Of a stretch of 64,000 bases of DNA, positions 1 through 10,442 are shown in pieces. Source of the stretch: an uncultured Candidatus Saccharibacteria bacterium. GTDB lineage: Bacteria > Patescibacteriota > Minisyncoccia > Phycocordibacterales > PALSA-1337. The notes under the pieces are model-generated. The model was not told the origin of the DNA. It worked only from the letters and a program-made list of their open reading frames with translations, and did no database searches. A program made the position numbers and the translations under genes. The stretch covers positions 557-64,556 of the forward strand of contig CAYOTK010000006.1 in assembly GCA_964406895.1 (NCBI GenBank). The letters run 5' to 3'. Position 1 is the stretch's first letter; the number at the start of each line of letters is the position of its first letter.

Positions 1-47
1 CCGCCGTTCCCTCACGGGAACCGTGGGTTCGAATCCCACTCTCTCCG
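1..47 (+). tRNA. tRNA-Ser, 3' part (truncated by window start; anticodon not visible)
   Basis: Long variable-arm hairpin GTTCCC-tcac-GGGAAC, T arm GTGGG-TTCGAAT-CCCAC, acceptor 3' strand TCTCTCC, discriminator G; CCA not encoded. Confidence 0.8.
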
Positions 48-205
48 CTGATGATCTGTACCCCATAAAGTGGACACAATCTACAGTTTTCTTTTGTATA
101 ATTAATAACTAATTAACAAAAGGATATGAAAAAATATCTATAATCGAGCATTTTTACTTTTTTGTATTTGTATGGTAGAAATGAATTAGACTAAAAAGAA
201 AGGGG

Positions 206-541
206 GTGATTAAATTGAATGTTTTTGACGAAAAGAGATTTCGTGAAGAGGTGGGAGAATCGCTGGGAAATGATCTGGAACGAGCGGTCATCGTTCTAAA
301 CAACTTCGGACCAAGACTGTCCGCTGATGTGACCAACGTCATACTTCACGCAATCGACAAAAAAATGGTTGCGGAGGTTTTGGCGCTTCTGGAAGAACAT
401 TGGGAGAAATATCTCTGTTATCAACACCCCAGTGTTCGTGGAACGGTCAGGAGTTGGTCCGGTATCAACGAAACCAAAGCACTGTTTCTGAGAATCTGTC
501 AGGAGGTTCTCAAACTTGAACCCACCATTACGACCGATTGA
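206..541 (+). CDS. hypothetical protein (111 aa)
   Basis: GTG-start ORF after purine-rich AAGAAAGGGG, followed by a strong hairpin. Confidence 0.65.
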   Translation: MIKLNVFDEKRFREEVGESLGNDLERAVIVLNNFGPRLSADVTNVILHAIDKKMVAEVLALLEEHWEKYLCYQHPSVRGTVRSWSGINETKALFLRICQEVLKLEPTITTD

Positions 542-546
542 CTCAA

Positions 547-577
547 CGCCGCTTCGAGCCTGACCCTCGAAGCGGCG
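547..577 (+). terminator. GC-rich hairpin, likely terminator
   Basis: CGCCGCTTCGAG / CTCGAAGCGGCG perfect 12-bp stem just after the stop codon. Confidence 0.65.
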
Positions 578-705
578 GTCAGTATTTTCATTTAACCATC
601 ACCTCCACGAATCAAACAACATTCTATAAAGCAAACATTATTACTTTCGCTATAATGAAATATTAACAATCAATTTATAAAAACATTCTGTGTTAAAATA
701 CCTTC

Positions 706-1413
706 ATGATTCAATATTTCGGAATGATCATAAAGAAATACTTACGCAAATATGGTTATGATATAAAAAAATATCACCCATTATTTGAAACACTCGTAAA
801 GAAATACAACATATCAACAGTATTTGATATTGGCGCAAACAACGGTCAATTTGCGATGAAAATTCACAAAAAATTACCAAATGGCAGAATTTACTCATTC
901 GAACCATTGAAAGATTGCTATGATATTCTGGTTCAAAACCTTGAGAAAGAACGCATCCAATTCAAAGCATTCAATTTTGCCTTAGGTCAGGAAAATGGCG
1001 AGACCATGATTAAACTCAACAATTTCTCTCCCAGTTCTTCAATTTTGCCAATTACTAAAGAGCACGAAAAACTATATCCCAAGAGCAAAGAGATGAACGA
1101 GAGGAAGATTATTATAAGGAAACTTGATGATGTTGCAAAAGAATTGGAAATTACGAATGACATACTTATCAAAATTGATGTTCAAGGATTCGAGGATAAA
1201 GTCATAAAAGGCGGATCTAACATAATCTCAAAAGCAAAAATTATTCTCGTTGAAAACTCTTTTATTCCCCTCTATGAAGGCCAATCTCTTTTCGGCGACA
1301 TACATAAATTACTTTCAGAATTAGGCTTCAATTATTCTGGTCATGGGGATCAGCATTGGAATGAAAAAACCGGTGAGCTTGTCTACGAGGACTCTATTTA
1401 TACAAAATCTTAG
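706..1413 (+). CDS. FkbM family SAM-dependent methyltransferase
   Basis: VFDIGANNGQF, FEP and IKIDVQGFE motifs. Confidence 0.9.
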   Translation: MIQYFGMIIKKYLRKYGYDIKKYHPLFETLVKKYNISTVFDIGANNGQFAMKIHKKLPNGRIYSFEPLKDCYDILVQNLEKERIQFKAFNFALGQENGETMIKLNNFSPSSSILPITKEHEKLYPKSKEMNERKIIIRKLDDVAKELEITNDILIKIDVQGFEDKVIKGGSNIISKAKIILVENSFIPLYEGQSLFGDIHKLLSELGFNYSGHGDQHWNEKTGELVYEDSIYTKS

Positions 1414-1470
1414 GGTGAAATACTTTTTGATCTCATAGACCAAATATAGATATGGATTTATAATATATTC

Positions 1471-3114
1471 ATGAAAAAATCAAACTCAATTTATATATAC
1501 ACCACATTTATAACATTACTAATCGCACTGTATACCTTGTCTTTTTTTACTAGATCAAGTCTCATTCCGTTAGTATTGATAATTTTTTACTCAGTATCCC
1601 TTGTACTCATATACAAGAGGAATAGATTTGCCAAAATAATAAACCAAATATCACTCCTAATCACAGCATCAATCCTTTCACTAAATTTATACACCCTCAT
1701 TCATTCAGGATACAACTATAAAGACAGTTTCTTACAATCACTTTTAGTCTTCTATTTATTTATAATCATCATTTCTATTGCATTTATAATATATTGGCAA
1801 AAATCTCAAGCCATAAAATCATTCTTTGACAAATCAACAACAGGGTCTCAAGCAACAGACACATCAAAAACAGGACCAGACGCCTTAAACAATATTCAAA
1901 ATACCTACAAGTTTAATTCTGATCATATAGTTGTATTGTCTATCTTTTCATTTATAAGCTGTATGATGTTCCTATTCACGGGTTGGGGATTTTTATTCGC
2001 AATACCAATTTCACTTGTATTCAGTTTGGTATATGTATTAATATTTGCATCCTCATTGAAGCGAAACAATGCCAGAGCTTTTGCAGTTTATTCTGTGATC
2101 ATTACGCTCATACTTTCTTATGTTTCAATTCTTCTAAATATTGGCGTGGCATCTGATTCCCCAGAGACATACTACATATCCACTGGTCTTTTCGGCGTTC
2201 CAAGCACAAGTCTCAAAGACATATTCGATCAATTGCTTAATATTTCTTATTATTATTTGATTTTTTCAATTCCAGTAAACCTATTATTCATTAAGAAAAA
2301 TGCAAACAAAATCATTTTTTCGATTATTCCTGTATTGGGCATATTGCTTATAGGTACACATTTCGGATTCATCTATAAAAATTTACCCGAATTGAGAGCC
2401 CAGGTAATAAAAGCAAAACAAACTGCTCAAAAAGAAGAACAAGAAAACATCGAGAAAAGATACGAATACAATCCACAAAATATTAATAAAAAAACATTTG
2501 AGAATCGAGTATTTTCAATATTCACTCCTCCAGAACCAGATCCAAGAATATCTACGAATGATTGCCCTTATTCACTAAAAATCTTAAACGAGAATATAAC
2601 TAAAGATCCAATGAGTGTTAGTTGTTTGAATGAATGGTTGAGTGAAGTTAAACAAGTACCGTTTACAGATAAAAACCCTTTTAGCATTACACTTTCAAAC
2701 TCAAGAAATACACTACTGAAAGGGTATGTAATGGTTCTGGTTGTGGAATTAGAAAATCCAAGCTATGTACGTATTTATGCAAATGGCAACGCTGCTAAAG
2801 ATTGTGGATGCAGAATGTGGCCGTATGACTATTCAGGCATTGTGGATTACAAGATAATCAGCTCATCAACAACAATTTATGAACAAAGTGTAGTACAGGC
2901 AGGAGTTACCGATAAGAAAAGGACAATTATGATACTCTATCCTATCAATATTAATGGACTCAAAGATTTGAATTTCAAACTTTCTCAATTTGATGACAAG
3001 CCAGATGTCAAAGTTACATTAAAAGAATTCGGCATATTGAGACCAAAACCACAGACAACTGATCCAGAGTGGCTAATAGAATGGTCGAAAAAACCAAATC
3101 CCTTCTTAAAATAA
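1471..3114 (+). CDS. multi-pass membrane protein with C-terminal soluble domain, unknown function
   Basis: 547-aa ORF with many hydrophobic helices in the N-terminal ~300 aa. Confidence 0.75.
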   Translation: MKKSNSIYIYTTFITLLIALYTLSFFTRSSLIPLVLIIFYSVSLVLIYKRNRFAKIINQISLLITASILSLNLYTLIHSGYNYKDSFLQSLLVFYLFIIIISIAFIIYWQKSQAIKSFFDKSTTGSQATDTSKTGPDALNNIQNTYKFNSDHIVVLSIFSFISCMMFLFTGWGFLFAIPISLVFSLVYVLIFASSLKRNNARAFAVYSVIITLILSYVSILLNIGVASDSPETYYISTGLFGVPSTSLKDIFDQLLNISYYYLIFSIPVNLLFIKKNANKIIFSIIPVLGILLIGTHFGFIYKNLPELRAQVIKAKQTAQKEEQENIEKRYEYNPQNINKKTFENRVFSIFTPPEPDPRISTNDCPYSLKILNENITKDPMSVSCLNEWLSEVKQVPFTDKNPFSITLSNSRNTLLKGYVMVLVVELENPSYVRIYANGNAAKDCGCRMWPYDYSGIVDYKIISSSTTIYEQSVVQAGVTDKKRTIMILYPININGLKDLNFKLSQFDDKPDVKVTLKEFGILRPKPQTTDPEWLIEWSKKPNPFLK

Positions 3115-3126
3115 TAAATCGATCTC

Positions 3127-3702
3127 TTATCCCCCTCTTTTTTCCTTCAGAATTCCAGAAGCCTGCTGATAGTAAAGATCCTCTTCATTGAGATTATAAG
3201 AAACTATTATTGACTCAATCTTGTGTAATTCTTGATCAGTTAATCTTCTGAATCCATCATTTTTCAACATATTTTGTTTTTGTTGAGCAGTGAGTTTGGG
3301 ACCATCAATTCTTCTTGTTGTAAACTCAACAAGTTTTGTATTATGCAGAAGCTCGGCGACGCTTTCATCTCTTGAAGCCATATAGAGCTGCGCCCTTCTA
3401 ATCAATGACTCAACATATTCCTTATACTTATCATCCAATTCAGGCAAAGATTCCCTAACCATATCAATCACTTCGGGCAATGAGTCGCCGTACAATACTA
3501 GACTCGAAACCGAACAGTCATCATGAGAAAATGTATTTGAAGCTATATAACGTATATTATTTACATCGACAGTCGCGGACCTGCCCTCCCCATATTCAAC
3601 ATCCGGTCTTTTTATGCTTTCCAGAGATTGCAAGAAAATCTCCAAGGTTTTCATTCTCTCCAAAGCCTCTGGTTTACCCTCTATTGGTAATTCATAATTC
3701 AT
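3127..3702 (-). CDS. hypothetical protein (191 aa)
   Basis: ORF with protein-like composition filling the gap between neighbours. Confidence 0.65.
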   Translation of the reverse strand: MNYELPIEGKPEALERMKTLEIFLQSLESIKRPDVEYGEGRSATVDVNNIRYIASNTFSHDDCSVSSLVLYGDSLPEVIDMVRESLPELDDKYKEYVESLIRRAQLYMASRDESVAELLHNTKLVEFTTRRIDGPKLTAQQKQNMLKNDGFRRLTDQELHKIESIIVSYNLNEEDLYYQQASGILKEKRGG

Positions 3703-3756
3703 ACAACTAGAATACTTGATAATTTTTTATTTGCAAGAATGAATCATGACAATAAA

Positions 3757-5196
3757 TCATCTCCACCCAGGCAACCACATCCTAGAGAAAAGCTCGGAAT
3801 CATTCAGATTGTAACCATAAGTCAGTGGACTAAAATACAAGAATAAAAGAATAGTAACAATGATAACAACAAAAATAACTGGATAGAAATACTTCTTATT
3901 TCTCATAATATTCAGTAGATAAGCAAGAGCCATGATACTGAATATTAACGCAGGTTCATAGTGATACAAAAACATTACACGTCCTATGAAAGAAAATGGC
4001 AGGAAATTGGCCAAAAATCCAAGAAGAATAAAAATCGTTGGAAAATTGACATAATCTTCCGAAGGATTTTTCTTCGAGAATATATTCTTGCAAAATTCAA
4101 AAACAAAAGAGAAAAATAAGAATAAGACAGAAACAATGCCAGCCCAATAAATAAATGGATTACCAATGAGATATATATAGTGACTAGTAGAATTCCAATA
4201 ATATATAGAACGCAACATGAGTGGCCACGTATACCATTTACTAGAATAAGGGTGTGTAGAACCAAAATTAACGTTAGCTTCAATCATGACCTTATTCAAT
4301 TCTAGGGTTTTTTCCATAGAATTCATCTTATTTGTCTGGGTTAACTTACCATCGACGAAAGCAAAAGGTTTCGGCAATTTACTACCAGAAAGTGAGTTCT
4401 GGAAACGTTCACTCATGTAATTATCCCCCGGACCAGAACGAGGAAGTAGTGAAAAATGAATTACGAAAGAAGATATATATAAGATCAAGAATACAAAAAT
4501 AAATATTGTCTTGAATAATATGTATTCCGACCAGTTTTTGCGACTGCAATTCTTACGAAAAACAGAAAAAGAAATTTGATTGTGCATGAAGATGCGCACA
4601 AATTCTAGGCAAATAATGATGAGTGCGAAAGAAAGACCGGTCCACTTCGTGTCGAAAGCAGCCGAAGCAAGAATGGCAGATAAAACTATAAATAAGAAAG
4701 AAAGTTTACGCGAATGCTTATGAACACCTTGAGCATATATCATATAAACGAGCAAAGAAGTGAAACCAAAAAACAAAAGAAAAGTGTCGAAAAGCACAAA
4801 ACGGGATTGTAAGACAAGAGAATTTTCGAACACAACGAAAAGGCCCGCTATGAAAGAAACGATTTTAGAAAAACCAATTCTGCGCGATATGAAGTATATA
4901 ATTACGGGTATGAGAGAACCCAAAAGACTAGGCAAAATCCTCATCAAGATATATGAATGAGGCAAAGCATTACCTATTGTACTAAAATCGACATTTGGAA
5001 CTGCTCCAACAATATGACTGAAAAGAAGGAGTATCAATTTCGCAAGAGGAGGATGAACATCAAAAAAATAAGTACCATGCCAATAATTACTGATGAAATT
5101 CCCAGAATGAACTTCATCGAACACAACCTGACTCGGATAGCCAAAATCAAAAAAACGAGTTGCCAAACCAAGAACAATAAGAACCAAAGGAGTCAT
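3757..5196 (-). CDS. dolichyl/polyprenyl-phosphate-mannose--protein O-mannosyltransferase (PMT, GT39-like)
   Basis: VVFDEVH, FFDVHPPLAK, HPYSSKWYTWP and MFLYHY motifs; many TM helices. Confidence 0.9.
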   Translation of the reverse strand: MTPLVLIVLGLATRFFDFGYPSQVVFDEVHSGNFISNYWHGTYFFDVHPPLAKLILLLFSHIVGAVPNVDFSTIGNALPHSYILMRILPSLLGSLIPVIIYFISRRIGFSKIVSFIAGLFVVFENSLVLQSRFVLFDTFLLFFGFTSLLVYMIYAQGVHKHSRKLSFLFIVLSAILASAAFDTKWTGLSFALIIICLEFVRIFMHNQISFSVFRKNCSRKNWSEYILFKTIFIFVFLILYISSFVIHFSLLPRSGPGDNYMSERFQNSLSGSKLPKPFAFVDGKLTQTNKMNSMEKTLELNKVMIEANVNFGSTHPYSSKWYTWPLMLRSIYYWNSTSHYIYLIGNPFIYWAGIVSVLFLFFSFVFEFCKNIFSKKNPSEDYVNFPTIFILLGFLANFLPFSFIGRVMFLYHYEPALIFSIMALAYLLNIMRNKKYFYPVIFVVIIVTILLFLYFSPLTYGYNLNDSELFSRMWLPGWR

Positions 5197-5250
5197 GGCA
5201 CAATTCTAACATACATACACAATGTGCCAAATAAATATTATACTTGTATT

Positions 5251-6036
5251 ATGCAAAATGATAATAAACCCAAAGCAGTTATAGTCCTACCAACATACAA
5301 TGAAGCAGATAATATCGGCAAAATGATAGACGAATTGCACAACCACATCTTCCCTATTATTCAAAACTGGCAAATGAAAATACTCATTGTTGATGGTGAT
5401 TCGAAAGACGGTACCAGAGAAATAGTCAAAGACAGAATGTCTCGATATGATGATGTATATCTCTTCCTAGAAAATAAAAAAGAAGGCATAGGATCCGCAT
5501 ACATGAATGGTTTCAAATTGGCTTGTTTTACACTAGGCGCACAAGCTGTTTTCGAATTCGACGCAGACTTCCAGCATCCGCTGAATACTATTCCTGAATT
5601 GTTGAATAAACTCGATCAAGGTTACGATTATATTATTGGTTCAAGGAAAATACCAGGTGGCAGCGAAACAAAAGACAGGAATTTCCTGCGCTCATTCCTG
5701 ACCAACGCAGGATCTTTCATTGCAAGAATGATACTTTTCTTCCCCGAAGAAACATTCAAAATCGTCACCGATCCAACCTCTGGCCTAAGAGCAGTGAGAG
5801 TACAGAATTTCCTGGAAAAAATAGACCTTGATCCAACACACCTATACAGTAAGAAATTTGGCTATAAACTGCAATTATTGAAAGAGCTTATAGATCTCAA
5901 ACCAAAATATACCGAGATCCCACTTCAATTCCAGAATAGAAATGCTGGCAAATCCAAATTCGAATTAGGCACAATATTCGAAATTCTCTATACTTGCTTC
6001 CAAACACGTTTCCATAAGAAAACAAAAAAAGTATAA
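5251..6036 (+). CDS. polyprenol-phosphate mannose synthase (GT2, DPM1/Ppm1-like)
   Basis: VLPTYNEADNI, IVDGDSKDGT, EFDADFQHP and DPTSG motifs; start moved to ATG 5251 to avoid overlap with PMT. Confidence 0.88.
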   Translation: MQNDNKPKAVIVLPTYNEADNIGKMIDELHNHIFPIIQNWQMKILIVDGDSKDGTREIVKDRMSRYDDVYLFLENKKEGIGSAYMNGFKLACFTLGAQAVFEFDADFQHPLNTIPELLNKLDQGYDYIIGSRKIPGGSETKDRNFLRSFLTNAGSFIARMILFFPEETFKIVTDPTSGLRAVRVQNFLEKIDLDPTHLYSKKFGYKLQLLKELIDLKPKYTEIPLQFQNRNAGKSKFELGTIFEILYTCFQTRFHKKTKKV

Positions 6037-6043
6037 TCAATAC

Positions 6044-8266
6044 ATGAAACTTACTCCACAAAGCAGAGTCACAGAGATATTCCGGACTACTGATCTCCAA
6101 AAAGACGCACTGAGAAGAATGGGCATAGAAAGCATAAAAGATCTCATATATTACTTCCCCGTGAGATATGGCGACACAGCTGAAGCAAAAAATATAGACA
6201 GTCTTATTCACGGAGAGAATGTCGTCGTTTATGGCAAAATAACAAATCTCAAAACCAAGAAAAGTTTCCGAAGCAAAATACCGATGGCGCAAGGATACAT
6301 AGAAGATGAAACTGGCAAAATACCTTGTGTTTGGTTCAATCAACCCTACTTGGCCAAAATGTTTTCCGACAACATGCTTGTGAGAATAGAGGGCAAAGTT
6401 TCAGAGAGAAGGAAGAAGCCTCACTCAATAACATTAAACGAAACCCAAGAGGTTGAAGCCGAATCCGGACAATTGTATTTCTCAAATCCCAAAATAGAAA
6501 AAGTAGACAGTGTACCACTGGGTGTCGGAGATTCTCTTTTCGAAAATCAAGAATCAATACACAATCTCTATCCTGTATATCCTGAATCTCGTGGCATAAG
6601 TTCTAGTTGGATATATCACAATATTCAAAAAGTTTTCAAAGCAGGAATTCTAGAACAAATCGTAGAAACTATACCTGAAGAAGTTCTGAATAAATATCAC
6701 CTCCCTTCTATCAAAACAGCCCTTATATGGATACATGCCCCACAGAAACAAGACGACGCAATATCTGCCAGAAAAAGATTTTCATTCGAGGAAATATTCA
6801 CTATTCAACTAGGCAAACAACAAGCAAGAATTGAATATAATAAAAGTCAGTTCTATGATATTACCGTGAATCCACAACATGTCAGAGAATTCGTAAAACG
6901 TTTCCCTTTCACGGCAACACAAGCACAAATGCGTGCAATCGAAACAATCATAAGTGATATGAGTAAAGGTAAAGCCATGACAAGATTGATCGAGGGCGAT
7001 GTTGGTTCAGGCAAAACAGCGGTTGCAGCTTCTGCAACATATGCGGTCATTACGTCGAAAATGAAAGACATGCCTTCGACCAAACTGAGCGTTGCATACA
7101 TGTGCCCTACCGAAATATTAGCCACGCAACATTTCGAATCATTCATAAAATTTTTCTCTTATATGCCTGTACAAATAGGCCTTCTCACATCTTCAGGTTG
7201 CAGGAAATTCCCGTCAAAAATAAATCCAAAAGGTTGGACAGATATATCTAGGACACAACTATTGAAATGGGTTCAAAACGGCGAAATATCTGTTCTGGTA
7301 GGCACACATTCCCTCATCCAAAAATCTGTGAAATTCAAACACCTTGCATTGGCAATAATAGACGAACAACATCGTTTCGGCACATCGCAAAGGTCAAGAT
7401 TAATCAAAAGAGAAGACACAATCATATCACCCCATTTATTGACCATGACAGCTACGCCCATACCGCGCACTCTGGCTTTGACACTATACGGCGATCTAGA
7501 CATCACTTTATTAGATGAAGTACCAGCAGGAAGAAAACCTGTCATTACCGAACTTGTCCTACCTCAAGATCGAGATGCAACATATGAGAAAGTCCGAGAG
7601 GAGCTAAAGAAGGGACATCAATGTTTCGTCATATGTCCCAGAATTGATGAACCGGACCCAGAGAAAGAAATTTTCATAAATGCAAAATCAGTAAAGGAAG
7701 AAGCAAAAAGATTGAAGAAAAAAGTATTTCCAGAATATGAAATAGGCGTCTTGCACAGCAAACTCTCTCCAAAAGAAAAAGATAATGTCATGAATGATTT
7801 CAAAGATGGCAAAACACATATATTATGTTCGACCTCTGTTGTCGAGGTTGGAGTCAATGTACCGAACGCCACTGTTATTCTCATAGAAGGTGCTGAAAGA
7901 TTTGGCCTTGCGCAACTGCATCAACTCCGCGGTAGGGTTCTTAGAAGCACTGATCAAGCTTATTGCTATGTATTCACAGAAACAAATTCCAAGAAATCAA
8001 TCGATAGATTGAAGGCCTTGCAAACAGCAAAAAATGGTTTTGAATTGGCTGAAATAGACCTAAGTCAACGAGGAGCTGGCATGCTGTCGGGCGCAAAACA
8101 GTGGGGCGTATCTGATATCGCAATGGAAGCATTGAAGAATTTGAAAATGGTTGAGGCGGCGAGAAATGAAGCAGCGAGAATTATAGAGGAAGATCCACAA
8201 CTAGAGAAATATCCTCTTCTCAAAGAACGGGTCAAGGCGCATATGGTAGTCTCTCATTTTGAATAG
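6044..8266 (+). CDS. recG: ATP-dependent DNA helicase RecG
   Basis: GDVGSGKT, IIDEQHRFG, MTATPIPRTL and QLHQLRGRV motifs; N-terminal wedge domain. Confidence 0.97.
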   Translation: MKLTPQSRVTEIFRTTDLQKDALRRMGIESIKDLIYYFPVRYGDTAEAKNIDSLIHGENVVVYGKITNLKTKKSFRSKIPMAQGYIEDETGKIPCVWFNQPYLAKMFSDNMLVRIEGKVSERRKKPHSITLNETQEVEAESGQLYFSNPKIEKVDSVPLGVGDSLFENQESIHNLYPVYPESRGISSSWIYHNIQKVFKAGILEQIVETIPEEVLNKYHLPSIKTALIWIHAPQKQDDAISARKRFSFEEIFTIQLGKQQARIEYNKSQFYDITVNPQHVREFVKRFPFTATQAQMRAIETIISDMSKGKAMTRLIEGDVGSGKTAVAASATYAVITSKMKDMPSTKLSVAYMCPTEILATQHFESFIKFFSYMPVQIGLLTSSGCRKFPSKINPKGWTDISRTQLLKWVQNGEISVLVGTHSLIQKSVKFKHLALAIIDEQHRFGTSQRSRLIKREDTIISPHLLTMTATPIPRTLALTLYGDLDITLLDEVPAGRKPVITELVLPQDRDATYEKVREELKKGHQCFVICPRIDEPDPEKEIFINAKSVKEEAKRLKKKVFPEYEIGVLHSKLSPKEKDNVMNDFKDGKTHILCSTSVVEVGVNVPNATVILIEGAERFGLAQLHQLRGRVLRSTDQAYCYVFTETNSKKSIDRLKALQTAKNGFELAEIDLSQRGAGMLSGAKQWGVSDIAMEALKNLKMVEAARNEAARIIEEDPQLEKYPLLKERVKAHMVVSHFE

Positions 8267-8340
8267 TCCGCCCTCTAGGATTCGAACCTAGGACCCCAGA
8301 GGTATAAGCTCTGTGCTCTAACCAACTGAGCTAAGGGCGG
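8267..8340 (-). tRNA. tRNA-Ile with anticodon UAU
   Basis: Full cloverleaf on the minus strand: acceptor CCGCCCT/AGGGCGG, D arm, anticodon arm CAGAG-CTTATAC-CTCTG (TAT), T arm CTAGG-TTCGAAT-CCTAG, discriminator A. Confidence 0.92.
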
Positions 8341-8472
8341 GTTATTGGTTACATTATTATCAGTTTAAAAGTTCTGTGCTCGGTGCTTTCTAGCCAAAAC
8401 AGCTAAGGGCGGGTGTTTGGTTATTGGTTATTGGTTATTTATGGTGAGCCTGTCGAACCATACCCTCATATC

Positions 8473-10380
8473 TTACTGATTTTTTGTCTTCAACGCAATT
8501 CCATGAACACTCAAGAAACCTTCATACTCATCTCGCTCTATAGTCTCCTTCTCTATCAACTTCTTGGCTACAGCCTCAAATACGAGACGATTGTCTATCA
8601 AAGTCTTCTCTGCTTTGACCTTAGCCTCATGCATAATCTTCGTAATCTCAGCATCAACCTCCGCTGCCACGCGCTCGGAGTAATCCCTGTCATTCACACC
8701 CATACCAAACAACACTCTTCCTGTCGGACTCTCGAGAGCTACCGGACCGAGCTTATCTGACATGCCGTACTGAGTGACCATACTCCTCGCAAGAGCAGTC
8801 GACACCTGCAAATCATTCGAGGCACCTGTTGTTATATCACCAAACATCATTTGTTCGGCCACATAACCTCCGAGAGAAACAGCGATGTCGTCCAAGAATT
8901 CACGTCTTGATTGCAATTTCCTATCTTCAATCGGTAATTTGAGTGTATAACCCGCCGCACGACCACGAGAAATAATTGAGATCTTATGTACAGGATCTGC
9001 ATTAGGTAAAACCGAAGCAACAATAGCGTGTCCCGCTTCGTGGTAGGCTGTTATTTCTTTTTCTTTCGCTGACAATATATGACTTCTCCTTTCCGGACCG
9101 AGCATTACTTTCTCGATCGATCTTACTAGATCGAATTGACCTATCTTTGTTCTTTCTTCTCTGGCGGCCAATATAGCTGACTCATTCATAAGTGAATACA
9201 AATCTGCTCCAGAAAAACCCGGCGTTCTTTCTGCTACCACCTGAAGATTGACGTCTTCTGCCAATTTCTTCTTGGATGCATGTATCTTCAATATTTCTTC
9301 CCTATCACTTCGATCTGGCAAATCAATAACTACTCTTCTGTCGAATCTTCCGGGTCTCAAAAGAGCTGGGTCTAGTACATCTGGTCTATTTGTGGCAGCC
9401 ATCACTATGACTTTTTCGTTTGGCTCGAAGCCGTCCATCTCAACAAGTATTTGATTGAGTGTTTGTTCGCGCTCGTCATTACCACCACCAACACCCGAAC
9501 CTCTTGCTCGACCTACTGCGTCTATCTCGTCTACGAATACGATAGAAGGTGCAGTATTTTTGGCTGCCCTGAATAAATCTCTGACCCTCGAAGCACCTAC
9601 ACCTACGAACATTTCTACGAACTCTGAACCAGAAATCGAATAAAAAGCGACATTTGCCTCACCAGCCACCGCTCTTGCCAATAATGTCTTACCACAACCT
9701 GGAGCGCCCATAAGAATAACACCCTTTGGAATTTCTGCGCCTATTTCTATGAATTTCTTTGGATTCTTCAAGAAGTCAACGATCTCTGCCAATTCTTGCT
9801 TTGCTTCTTTTGCACCCGCAACATCTTTGAAAGTTACTTTTTGTTTCTGATCATCGGGCATACTTATTCTGGCTTTTGATTGACTGAATGACAAAGCTTG
9901 CATTCCAGCCCCTCTCACTTGTCTCGATAGAAACCAAATGAAGAAAATCAAGAGCAATAATGGTGCGAGAAATGGCATTAGTAAACTAGCCCAATAAGTA
10001 AATCCGCTAGGCTCAACCACACTGATGGTGGTTGTTGATAATTTTTCTTCCTTGACCCCCAATCTAGAAAGAGTCTCTGTGATCGACGAATCATTTTCCT
10101 TCTGAGAAATTTTCACCGTGCCATCTTTGTATGCTGCAGATATTTTATTATCAGATATTGTCAACGACTGTATTTTGCCTGAATTGATATCGGATGCGAC
10201 CGTATTCAAAGATATTTTGTTTGATTGCTGATTGACATTAGAAAATTCATTGTATATTCCAGCAATAAGCAAGAAGACAATAATAACTATTGCTAGTGCG
10301 TTCAAAAAACGAAGTCCTGAAGACAGGAAACTATTACCCTTCTTACCTTTTGGGTTTTTATTCTTAGGATTAACGGGCAT
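8473..10380 (-). CDS. ftsH: ATP-dependent zinc metalloprotease FtsH
   Basis: Two TM segments, GAPGCGKT Walker [19 protein letters not shown]. Confidence 0.97.
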   Translation of the reverse strand: MPVNPKNKNPKGKKGNSFLSSGLRFLNALAIVIIVFLLIAGIYNEFSNVNQQSNKISLNTVASDINSGKIQSLTISDNKISAAYKDGTVKISQKENDSSITETLSRLGVKEEKLSTTTISVVEPSGFTYWASLLMPFLAPLLLLIFFIWFLSRQVRGAGMQALSFSQSKARISMPDDQKQKVTFKDVAGAKEAKQELAEIVDFLKNPKKFIEIGAEIPKGVILMGAPGCGKTLLARAVAGEANVAFYSISGSEFVEMFVGVGASRVRDLFRAAKNTAPSIVFVDEIDAVGRARGSGVGGGNDEREQTLNQILVEMDGFEPNEKVIVMAATNRPDVLDPALLRPGRFDRRVVIDLPDRSDREEILKIHASKKKLAEDVNLQVVAERTPGFSGADLYSLMNESAILAAREERTKIGQFDLVRSIEKVMLGPERRSHILSAKEKEITAYHEAGHAIVASVLPNADPVHKISIISRGRAAGYTLKLPIEDRKLQSRREFLDDIAVSLGGYVAEQMMFGDITTGASNDLQVSTALARSMVTQYGMSDKLGPVALESPTGRVLFGMGVNDRDYSERVAAEVDAEITKIMHEAKVKAEKTLIDNRLVFEAVAKKLIEKETIERDEYEGFLSVHGIALKTKNQ

Positions 10381-10442
10381 ATGTTTATATATGCTACTTT
10401 AGCTTCTTTTGAGCGTTGTGGCAAGGATTGAACGCTCAACCA

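Noticed and set aside
4957-5250. 98-aa N-terminal extension of the GT2 ORF
   Set aside because: It overlaps the PMT gene on the opposite strand. The GT2 domain begins after ATG 5251, which has its own -10 box.
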